A stretch of 64,000 nt of DNA from Strigamia acuminata (taxonomy: Eukaryota), in NCBI GenBank assembly GCA_949358305.1, contig OX442314.1:12834001-12898000 (forward strand), written 5' to 3'. The notes beneath the pieces were generated by a model that was not told where the DNA came from, ran no database searches, and was given only the letters and a program-made list of their open reading frames with translations. A program made the position numbers and the translations under genes. Below, piece after piece: positions 25,901 through 36,588 of the stretch (its first letter is position 1; each line of letters begins with the position of its first letter).

Positions 25901-28075
25901 TGTGAGTATTTTAAAGAAAAGACAATTGCTCGTGCAAACAGAGAAATTGGATTCGTTTTCCCCCCAGATACACACCAGATCACGTGGAATTAGTGCCGTC
26001 GCCAGCCCTTTCGACAGAATTCGACAACACGTCGTGCATCTACCGAAACGAGATAGATCTGCTCTTTTTAGGTCTCATCAACCAACCAGCCAGAGCACGA
26101 GATGAATACTTTACGGACCAGGTTCGTAAATTTTTTATTAGTTTTATCCGCATAAAATAAATGGGGAAAAACATTTTTTATTTTTACAGCTCACAAATCA
26201 TTTGTTTGAGAACCGAGGTATCGGTCATGCTCAAGACCTCTACGCACTCAATATCCACCGAGGACGAGACAATGGAATTCCATCTTACAATGAATGGAGG
26301 AGCTATTGTGGATTGAAAAAAGCTAGAGACTTTGCTGATCTGCGTGGGGAAATACCGGACGAAGTTATCCATGGACTTAGCAAGGTTTATGGGTAAATAA
26401 AGGATTGCTAGAGTTTTCAAGAAAACAGAAAAAAAAAAAATAATCAATTTTTCTCTTATATTTTCTTTCCTTTAGCTCTGTGGATGATGTTGACTTGTAT
26501 CCAGCTGGTGTTTCTGAATATGCCATTTACAATGGCATTGTGGGACCAACCTTTGCTTGCATTATAGCTCAGCAATTCAGAAATTTAAAAAAAGGAGATA
26601 AATTTTGGTATGAAAATGGCCACCACAAAGGAGCATTTTCCATACGTAAAGTATTCCCTTAAAAAATTCGAAACAAATCTATAAATATTGACATTTTAGA
26701 GCAATTGGAATCCCTTCGAAGAGTGACATTAGCAAGAGTCATTTGTGATAATACTGATATCGTAGAAACAATTCAACCATATGCTATGAAGACACATAGC
26801 GAAAGGTAAAATAAATATGTTCAGGGTCCCCAAAGTACCAAGGTGGTAAATTTCCAAGAACACAAGTTAAGCAGTATTGAACCTGGTCAGCACTTGGATG
26901 GGTGACCTACCGGGAATTCCAGTTGTTTCTCATCCGTGCCTGATTTAACGTTTATTGCAAGAACATCTCAGCCATCCACATTTAACTTGCTTGTCTGGTG
27001 TTTTCCCAATTCTCAGTCCAAATGTAAGGCTAGGAGCCACAAAAGTCGTTCCACATGGACGCCTCTTACATGGTTCAACACCCTGGACAAGCTTTCGCCT
27101 TTCGGGTCACGACTGAAAAGTTTAATGGATTACTTTATGGACAATCAATATTGTACCTGTGCGATTGTGTACACACATGCTGGAAAATACATGCAATTAT
27201 TGAGTGCGTGGTTCTAATCCTGGCAACCGGTTACAAATACTGTACCGCCATTTGTAAAGGCTGGAAGTTAAAGCGCTTTGTTTCCACATATCACCACTAT
27301 GTGGCGCCACTAGAAAATCCTAAATGGCTGCTTCATAGAGGTAAACTTTACCTACTAATGCTGCTTTGAGGCTAATTCACTGTTTGTTGTCGTTTAAATG
27401 TCCACTACGACTGAAAACAGACTAAATCGGTGCCATTTTTAAAGTTAGATCGAGACAAGCAGTTTAAATATGTTGTTTAAAATGCTGTTTATAGTTTAAA
27501 TGACTATATGAATGCACCTTAGTGAAAAAATATGGAGAAAGACTAAGAAGCTCCTATTCTATGGAATCCCAGAATAGCCGGTAGAATGATATGCAGCTAT
27601 CACTCGCTTCGTAAACTTCGTTTCGCTTGGCTGAGTTTACATTATCTCCGTATAGGTGGCAATAAATTAAAGTGCCTTTTCTCTGAAGAGCAGATTTCTT
27701 TCTTTCTGAATGACTAATTAATTTCAAACGGATTAAAAATTAACATAAAAAAAATTGCCTTTGGATCTGACACTCGACAGAATATGACAAATTCACGAGT
27801 TTTTTTTTTTTTAACACAATACAAAACCAATCTCTAGAATAATAAATTATTTAAATATATTTTTTGTTAGGAACCACCGTGTGCACTGCAAAGATCGCCA
27901 GCACATCCCTCACCTCGATTTATCACCATGGATGAACCAACATCATCAATCCGATTCATCAAACTACGCATCAATGTACTTAGCTGAGGGCCCTGACTAT
28001 CCCCAGCCCGCAAGATCCCCAAAATATGGTCCCCCAAATAGACTCAGAATGGCAACAGGATCACCTCCTTATTAA
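19969..28075 (+). CDS. Secreted animal heme peroxidase 2 (peroxinectin-like, KGD and RGD motifs), 14 coding exons, ~659 aa
   Basis: Exons 19969-19970, 21687-21778, 22415-22576, 24014-24184, 24243-24416, 24475-24576, 24630-24719, 24935-25062, 25130-25350, 25968-26121, 26190-26392, 26476-26645, 26700-26805, 27871-28075; 1980 nt in frame. Signal peptide [22 protein letters not shown]. Motifs: [44 protein letters not shown]. Confidence 0.93.
22752..23203. mobile_element. MITE with 28-bp perfect TIRs (family shared with 59520-60016)
   Basis: AGAGTTTGCGGCAGGTACTTTTCCCTTA at 22755-22782 and its exact reverse complement at 23171-23198. Confidence 0.85.
23453..23600. mobile_element. Decayed partial copy of the 39532-39850 foldback element
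   Basis: Shares CGCACCYGGTAT, GCAGAYGATTT..AATTCCAG, CAGTATT.AGCCTAATA and ACTCATTA..AAAAGTAATTTACAGCGT with the reverse complement of 39670-39850. Confidence 0.65.
24735..24887. mobile_element. Small CCC...GGG-ended MITE (CMC/EnSpm-like), 153 bp
   Basis: TIRs CCCATATGGTTCAAAAATA / TATTTTTGAACCATGTGGG with AA on both flanks. Confidence 0.75.
26851..27137 (+). mobile_element. 5S-rRNA-derived SINE (SINE3-type), 5'-truncated copy 1
   Basis: 5S internal promoter: box A AGTTAAGCAG (26865-26874) and box C TGGATGGGTGACC (26895-26907), followed by a 5S-like 3' end GGGAATTCCAGTTGTT. The downstream non-5S body is homologous to the copy at 43675-43940. Confidence 0.75.
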
Positions 28076-29214
28076 ATTACATTTCACTTAAGAAATAGTT
28101 CACACTTCTCTCACGAGAGGCCGGCAGTGGTTTCATCATAAAAAATAATTATTTTGCACTGCTAAAACAATTATTTTGTTTTTAAGTCTAAAAAAAAATT
28201 AACATAATCGTAAATATTACTTCATCAGAGTATTGCCATGACTTTATTTTAAAATTAATAAAATATTACGAGTCAAAGTTCTAGAGTTAGTACAAATTGG
28301 GTTAAGCTAGATTGCATTGATTTCAGACATGGCGTCTACGTACCCGTATACGGAAATTTAAAATTGGCTCATTTAACAAAACAATTTTTTTTTTTTATTT
28401 AAAGGAAAGAAAAAATTTAAAAAAAGAATTTTTTATTTATTTTTTATTTATTTCTTCCCATATATTATTATTATAATTATTACAAAATGATAAATATTAA
28501 GTTTAAACAGTATGCGAAAAAAAAATAATTTCACGGTTGACTTAAATTCGATTACGTCATAAATTAGGTCGATTTTTTTTTTCCTTTTTCACTAATTTAA
28601 AATAGAGCACAGGTAAAAAAAAATTTATTGTGTGGGAATATGTACATAATGAGTGCCAACAAACAAATTAATGGACCCCCCTATTCCCCATCCGCCGCAA
28701 ATTTTGTGTAAACTCATACCTACACTCATTTATCATGTTTCCATGGAAACAAAAATGCAACAAAAATTAAATTAGCCTCAGCATTTCTTATTAAACCCCA
28801 TTAAAAGTTGGCAGTTTCTCAGATTGGTTTTCGCATTGCACTTGTCATTCAATCCATTTTCTTCACGTCTAATATGATTTATCCCATGGAAACCACGTTA
28901 CGTCGTTGTCGCTTCTAAACACGATTGATTAATTATGTTTTACATCGAGATATTTATTACGATTGCATCTTTTTCAGTTGCCATAAACATTAAGCCTAAC
29001 GTGAATTAAATGGTGCTTGATTCGCGTTAATTATTTTTATAAACGAAAACTGAATTTGATGGAATGTGTCATTTATAATAAAAAAAAAAAAATAAAAAAA
29101 TGTAAAAAAAAAAAATTGATACTAAATTTATTATTATATAATTATATTATTATTATTACGAATAAAATAATTTTTTTGAGAGAGATTTCTGAATTCACTT
29201 TTGTATCAAGATCC

Positions 29215-29245
29215 TATAAATCTCATGGTCAAGATTATCATCAGT
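29215..29245 (+). promoter_or_regulatory. Candidate core promoter of peroxidase gene 3
   Basis: TATAAAT at 29215-29221 and TCAGT at 29241-29245 (spacing -28), 1.6 kb upstream of the signal-peptide exon. The donor of this first exon was not identified with certainty. Confidence 0.35.
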
Positions 29246-30832
29246 AAGTCACGCTTTATGATCATCCAGATCTTTAAAGACAGATCCAGTAGACCATGGC
29301 AAAGAAATTATACAACAAGTATAAAGGAGAAGGACACATTTAATAGGCCTAAATTCTAAAATATATAAAAAAAAAAGTAAAAAAAAAAAAAATTACAAAG
29401 GAAATAAATAAAAAATTAATGTCTACTAGTTCGCTACTAGTACCGCATTTTTTGATTTCTTGAGGAAATGTTTGAAATGTCATTCTACAACATGGAACAA
29501 ATTTAAGCCTAAAAAAAAAAAAAAATTATTTTTCAGTCTTTTAAATGTAAACTTCGCAAAAAATAAGGTCACGGGCAATCTTCTAATGGCCGCAGTGGTA
29601 AACATTCTGATGTCCAGATTTCACAAGTCCGTGACTGCATACATTGGTGTCAATACCACATCATTCTCACACGAGCTAACGCCTTAATAAATAAATAACT
29701 TGTGATCTCAATTTCAAATCTGTGTTTATATGCACCAAATATGATGCGCACTTAAACATTGTACGAAAAAACGTAAAATTTATTTACTTACACTCGTTAA
29801 TCACTAGTAACCATCAGCCCCACTTTACAAACAACTTGTTTCACTTCATCTTACAAGATCTATGTCAAAATTATAATTCCCCTTTACACACTTATAAATA
29901 TTCAAAATTTTAATAACTATAAAAAGCATTTATGAATATAAATGGCATATAATTATAACGATAAACAGTTCACAAGAGTTTTTCATCCGAATTCCTCCCA
30001 AAAACGTGAACTAATACACAAAGTATGTACAAATTTATTAGCCACATATGCTCGCTTTCATTCATAACTTGTGGCCCCTATTGCTATTTATGTTTATGGT
30101 CATTTAACACCCCTAACACCATACGGAAAACCTCTCAAATTCGAATTAACATGAACGTCCACGTGTTTACATTGTATTTTTCATTTCCTTATATGTCATA
30201 ATGGATTTTATGGTTCGAAACAGTGAGAAATTACAACACATTACATAACACCTGACAATAAATAACATAATACAGATAAAATTAAAAAAAAATTCCGTAA
30301 TGTATGTTTCCTAGTATCAAATACAATGCCAAAGTCAACGAACCGTGTGTTTTAACACCCACAAACGCTATTTTAAATCCTCAAGCTCTCCACTAAGCAT
30401 GAAACACTTGAAAAGTTAAATTGCAAGCAAAAGCGAGCTTAGAACACGAATTGTTTGACGAGATAAAGAAAAAAAAAAGAAAAGGAGAACGGACTTTACG
30501 ATTGGTTCTTCGAGCGTGGCATCAGAAACTTCTCCCAGAAGTCCGTGTTTCGGTTGAAAGAAATTCGGGCGTACTTATATCTTTACCTCATTCAATCACC
30601 ACCTGTAGCCAGCATAAGAACTAGACAACTTTTTTCGCCTCTTTTTTCAGCTGTATGAACCGTCCTTAATCGTTTTCTGCTTGATAAATTTCCAAGTGCC
30701 AAGAGGGAAGTTGAGTTATGCTCGGAACCCAAACATCAAACTTGCAGTAAACTTCGCAACTGGATAGATAGATAGTCACTTACAATTGAATTTTTTCATA
30801 TTCTTCGTGCAAATCCAATTTTTCACTCAGTC

Positions 30833-33800
30833 ATGCTACTGAAAATTATTTTCATTGCTCTATGCATCGTTTCAAGCACAGAAGCCTTCAGCATTAGAAA
30901 TATCCTTAATGACTGTAAGTTTTATTTTATTTTATTTTATTTTTTCTTTAAATTAAATTTATTATTGTGAATTATGACATTAAGCGGTTTCAAAAATGAT
31001 ACTCCGAAGGCGCCGAAGTGATTATCATGTGACCTGTGTGGGCCAATCGCATGAATAATCGCTTCAGCACTTCAGTATAATCGTTATTAGTGCTGAAGAA
31101 TGCTTAAACTAAGAAAAAAAGAGTTTGTTGTAAATTATTAAATAAATAAAAATAAATAATCAATTTAATTCAACAAAAACAAATAAATAAATAACAAAAA
31201 CAAAATAAAATAAACAAAAAGTCCTCAATAATGCAGTGATTGTGATTATTGGAACAATCACTGTGATTTATGAAACCCTTTATTGATAAGAAGTGATGTT
31301 TGGATTTCTTCTTTTTTTGTTGAAAAAACTTCTTTTTATTAGTGTCAATGCAGAGAAGCTAGCCATAAAATGTTTAAGGGGTCAAAACTACATTGCCAAG
31401 GCATTTTTGACTTGGTTTTGACTTAGTTGGAGGTGATTAGCCTGCATTCGATAACGTATCACTCAACGACAAAAATTGTATATTTCTTTCTTCTTTCTTT
31501 GCTTCAAAGAACATATTAATAAGAAAAAAAAAAGGAATTTAAGCTCGAGACTTAAAACACAATAATAATAACACGGGTGTGGTTGGGAAAGAGGCAGTGA
31601 TCACGAAAAGTTTATTAACTCGTCGTTAATTGACAACTGGAAGCGAGATTTCAACTTTTTTCGACGAAAAAATTTCACGACTTGAAACAAATTAACATCA
31701 AGCTCGCCCACCGCGCCCAGCACATCCAATATAGGCCGGAAAAAAAACGGACAAAAAATATAATTAAAAAATATATAAATATAATAAAAATATAAATAAA
31801 TTTTTGTCACAGTTCAACAACATTTTAAGGTTTAAATTATCCTTGTCACTAATTCCTTTCACGGCTGAACAATTTAATGTCATCGACTTCATAGCTTTTC
31901 ATTTTCATTTGTACCCCTCTCTCTATATATTTTTTTTTTTGAAAAAAGGCCTAAATTCCAAGTCAATTTTTACCAAAACAACAAATTCCTGCATAACTTC
32001 ACGCACAGTTAAATCGTGCCCAATTACAGCAAGAGATATTTATAAGAATCTAAATTGGAAATTGCATCCCATATATCACGTAATGGCAATAATGCTCATA
32101 ATTCACGTAATTTAATTTTTATTTATTGATTTATTAATTCTTTTTTTTTTATTTATTTTTTTTTTAAATTTAAAATTAAGTGGTTTCGGATACGGTAGTG
32201 TTTTTCAACAAATACGTCCATCACCAACCGAGTCCACAACGACATTCCAACGTGTACGCACGAAACCAACCCGATCCAGTCCCATCATGTGCCAAGTTTC
32301 CATTCCGGACAATGGACGGCTGGTGTAACAACATCAAAAATCCAAACTGGGGTCAAGCCCTCAAACCCTACGCACGACTTCTACTTCCCGATTACGCGGA
32401 CGGTAAGTTCGAAAACAAAAGAAAAGAATAAATCCTCCTTTATTTCCATTTAAACAAAAATAAAAAGCATAAAAATTAGATCACGAGCAAGGTAAATAAT
32501 TAGTCTCCATAATTTAATTTGGGCCAACGAATATTCAAAAGCGAGAAAGCTTTAGCTACCACAAATTTAATGTATGTCACGGGCCAGCAATGGAGAAGAA
32601 AACAAAACGGTCTGTAAGTGATGAGTGACGCGCAAAACTGGAACTAGATTCCGCATTCGCAGCGTCGGCGCGCTGTATTAATTATACCGTCAGCTTACGC
32701 GCACCGTGTGTGACGAAACAAAGCAGGAAACAAAGAAAGAATTGTTCTTAACACGCCCAGATGCTCGTATTAAACGTGCGCTTTTATTTCTAGGCGTGGA
32801 CGCACCCCGAATTGCATCTGACGGAGGCCCCCTTCCAGGTGCCCGATTGGTCAGTCTTAAAGTGGCGCGAAACTTATCGGTTGAACACCCCGCGTTCTCA
32901 GCCATGCTCATAATGTGGGGTCAGATCATAAATCACGATGTCACCAGTAAATTGGACACTCCAGGTTGGTTATATTATGAATTATTGTTCCATATCTTTT
33001 CACGATCAATTTATTTTTAATCTAAAGATGTTTTCGATGATTGCGAGTGCGACCAAGACGAAGACGAACGACATCCAGATTGCCTACCCATCCCAGTGCC
33101 CCCTAACGACCCTTTTCATGGACCCGCAGGTCGCCGGTGTATTGTTTTTGTCAGATCTATTCCGTGGACGGGGAACGACATTGTTTTCCGTAAGTTACTT
33201 CACTGCATTACACGGAATCGACCGCCTTGGAGCGCTTCCCCGCACAACTCGGTTAAATCAAAACCTGTTTTTCTTGTTCAGCTTTCAGAGAGCAGTTCAA
33301 TAACAACACTTCCTTTATTGATGCATCTATAGTGTACGCATCAACCGAAGAAGAAGCTTTGAAGCTGCGTAGTTTCGAGGGAGGCAAGTATAAACGATTT
33401 TGCAGTTTAATTTTTTTTAAAAAAAAAAAAAGTTGTAAAACGCAAAATAAAAAATTTAAAACTAATTACCATAAAAAAGCTGTACTTATGTATGAGATCT
33501 TTGCTCTTTAAGGTGAACTACTAACAAGTCGTTACAAAGGTAGAGTCCTATTGCCACTGGCTAATGAAAATTTAGATGTCTGCGAGCAAGGTTGTTTCGT
33601 TGGAGGTCAGTTTTATTTATTTATTTATTTATTTTGCGATTTCTCAGACGTGTTTCAAGGCAATAAATTTAAAAAAAAAAAAATTTTGTCCGAAAAGTCG
33701 CAAAATGGAATTTTTTTTGTTACATAAAAATTTTACAAAAAAAAAATTTCCCAGGTGATAGCCGAGTTAACATGATCCCAACGTTAACCGCGATACATAT

Positions 33801-35743
33801 TATTCTGTTGCGAGAACACAACCGAGTTTGTCGAATTTTATCGGACATGAACCCGCATTGGGACGACGAACGGATTTACCAAGAAACGAGAAAAATCATT
33901 ATTGCTCAATTCCAACATGTGTCTTATAAAGAATATTTACCGCTGGTAATTGGCGAGCGAGCGGTAAAGAAATACCGAGTCAGTCTCGAGAGTCACGGTT
34001 ATTACGAAGGTTACGACCCTCATATTAATTCCGCGGTTTTTAATGTGTTCGCCACAACCGCTTACCGTTTCGGCCATTCTCTCATTATGTCGGTATTTAA
34101 GAAGTAAGTTTTTAATCTCGAAATTGCATATTGTTTTCAAGGAATGCTGCAATTAAAATCATAAAAAATTTTAAATTATTGCTTTAAGCCAATGTTTGCT
34201 TGCACTGGAATTTAATTATTTACGATGAAAATCGGTCTACTTATTCTCACAAAATGAACCATTTTACGTCGGAAAGAGAGAAAAAATTCATTTTCTCACG
34301 TTTAAGATATTCAATTGTTCCAAACAAACTAAACCAAAGGTTTTACACATGTAAAGATCCACATTTTCAGTGCAAAACACATGTTTCTAGGTTTTTTGCA
34401 CTTTAATTAACATATTAAAAAGTTCTGGTTGATAAAGAAATGTCGTAACCTGAAATTTTAAGCCTCTAATGTTTGCATTAATCCGAAAAAATCTGAATAA
34501 AAAAGTAGGCCTCACGAGAATACTTTTGTATCTTATAATAACGTCAACAATAATCCCCTAATCCATTGTTAAAATGGAATAAGTGACCCGTAAAATTCCA
34601 AAATACCCTGTATAAGCTTATTTCTTCGAAATTTCGCAAAAATGGTTCGTTTCTTCGACATTCACTACGTATTTCGATGTTAATACCATTGCAGTAATCT
34701 TTAAAACAAAAAACAAAACCAATTACTCGAAACTCACTTCCCCGTTTACATTTTAAATATTTCAGAAGCGATTCATTCCACATGAATTTACCAACGCAGC
34801 CATTATCCAGAGAGTTCTTTTTCTCACCTTTAATGGCTGAACCGGGACCAGGTGCAGTCCTTTTAGGCAGTTGCAATCAGCGCCACCAGGCGATGGATCG
34901 ATACTTCACCGAGCAAGTAATGACAACATTCACTTTTAATATTTTTTTCTTTATTCATCAAGCTTGTTTTCCTCATTGCCAGGTAACCAACCTATTATTC
35001 GACGTCCCTCAAATGCGAGAAGGCACTCGAGATTTATTCGCTATTAATGTCCACCGGTCGCGTGAAAATGGCATTCCATCATACACAGCATGGCGAGAAT
35101 GCTGTAATCTTTACGTGCCTAAAACCTTCTCGGATTTAGAGGGAATTATGCACCCTGCAGTGATTCATGAATTCAGTCGTTTATATAGGTGACACGATTC
35201 GTCTAGTTTGTATTTCCACACCCAATTAACCACTTGATTTGCATCACTTTTGCGAACAGGGATGTGGACGACATCGATCTGTTCCCAGCGGGCGTCGCAG
35301 AGTTCCACGACAAGGACGCTCTGGTCGGTCCGACGTTTGCGTGTCTGATTGGTAAACAGTTTGGGGTTCTGAGAAACGGCGATCGTTTCTGGTACGAGAA
35401 TGGAGGACAACCCGGTTCATTCACACCTGGTAAAATGCCAATAAACTAAACGACGGGTGTTTGCGCCATAATCAATTTATCACTTTTCCCAATCAGCCCA
35501 ATTGCAAGCGATCCGCAAAACCACTATAGCCAGGCTTTTCTGCGAGAATGACGAAGATATTCTCACGATTCAACCACAAGTACTCAAAGTTCCTGAAGAC
35601 AGGTGCTAGAACTTTGGAAGTTGTACATTTATTTATTTATTTGTATATTTATTTATTTATTTTTTACTAGCTCTCAAAGAGTTCCGTGCGAGTTTCTAGA
35701 CGAACTCGATTTGACGCCTTGGAAAGAGGATTACAAAAAGTGA
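30833..35743 (+). CDS. Secreted animal heme peroxidase 3, 12 coding exons, ~628 aa
   Basis: Exons 30833-30914, 32181-32402, 32794-32964, 33028-33189, 33282-33383, 33513-33605, 33755-34103, 34766-34916, 34983-35188, 35260-35429, 35497-35602, 35671-35743; 1887 nt in frame, with one GC-AG intron. Signal peptide MLLKIIFIALCIVSSTEA. Motifs: FRTMDGWCNN, MWGQIINHD, TSFIDAS, GDSRVNMIP, AYRFGHS, NVHRSRENG. Confidence 0.93.
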
Positions 35744-36519
35744 TTCCAAAAAGCCAAAATAAAATTGGATCGTAAAAGAAATATCAGAATTAAGTACATA
35801 TATTGCGTGTTTAGAGATGTTATTTTAAGTTTATTGTTAAGTGAATAGTTTATAAAAATATTTAAAAAAAAAAAAAAATTGTTTTTAAAAATGAAAAAAA
35901 AATGTGCACCATAATATTGCTCAAGTCTGTTGTATTTAATAAACAAAATATAAAAATGTATAAAAAATATATATATATGAATAAATATTGCAATTATTCA
36001 TTCAAAATATGAAAAAATGTAAGGATTCACTTTTTTTTTAAAAATGGCACAGATTTGAAAAGTTGCTCAATATAATGTGACATTCCTTTTAGGTAAGTTA
36101 ATGCACTATATTTTTTATTATTTTAATTTTTTATTTATTTCGCTACTGTAATTAAAATTAAAGCATTACTAATTAATGGTTGAATCCATAGAGCTGTTAT
36201 TAATTTTTTAGAACGGTTTTACCATAATAATTTATCGATAAACCATGGAACAAAAGAAAAAAATTGACATGAGATTTATGATTTTACGTGATGTTACATA
36301 GTACCAGATGTGGAATTAGAAATATTGTGCGCATGCTCGTTTTGCAACCAACTGTTCTGATGGGAAAAGTTAAAACTGAAACAGATCTTTATGGATTTAA
36401 TTTCGAAACATAATATATATTTTAAAAAAATTTATTTTGTCCATAAACGGATTTACTGTGTGAGAGTCCTTTTCGGAGCCCTAGCTTTTATTGGAATTTG
36501 GGAGCCCCCGCATCCTCAA

Positions 36520-36588
36520 AGGGCCGGATTTAGGTATTGCGTGGCCCCTAAGCAACTGCTTATTTAGCTTATACGTAAATCCGGCCCT
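36520..36588. mobile_element. Miniature hAT-like inverted-repeat element (~70 bp)
   Basis: AGGGCCGGATTTA (36520-36532) and TAAATCCGGCCCT (36576-36588) form a perfect 13-bp inverted pair. No clean 8-bp TSD. Confidence 0.55.

Noticed and set aside
26851..26925. Functional 5S rRNA gene
   Set aside because: It is 5'-truncated, diverged, and fused to a repeat body shared with a second locus.
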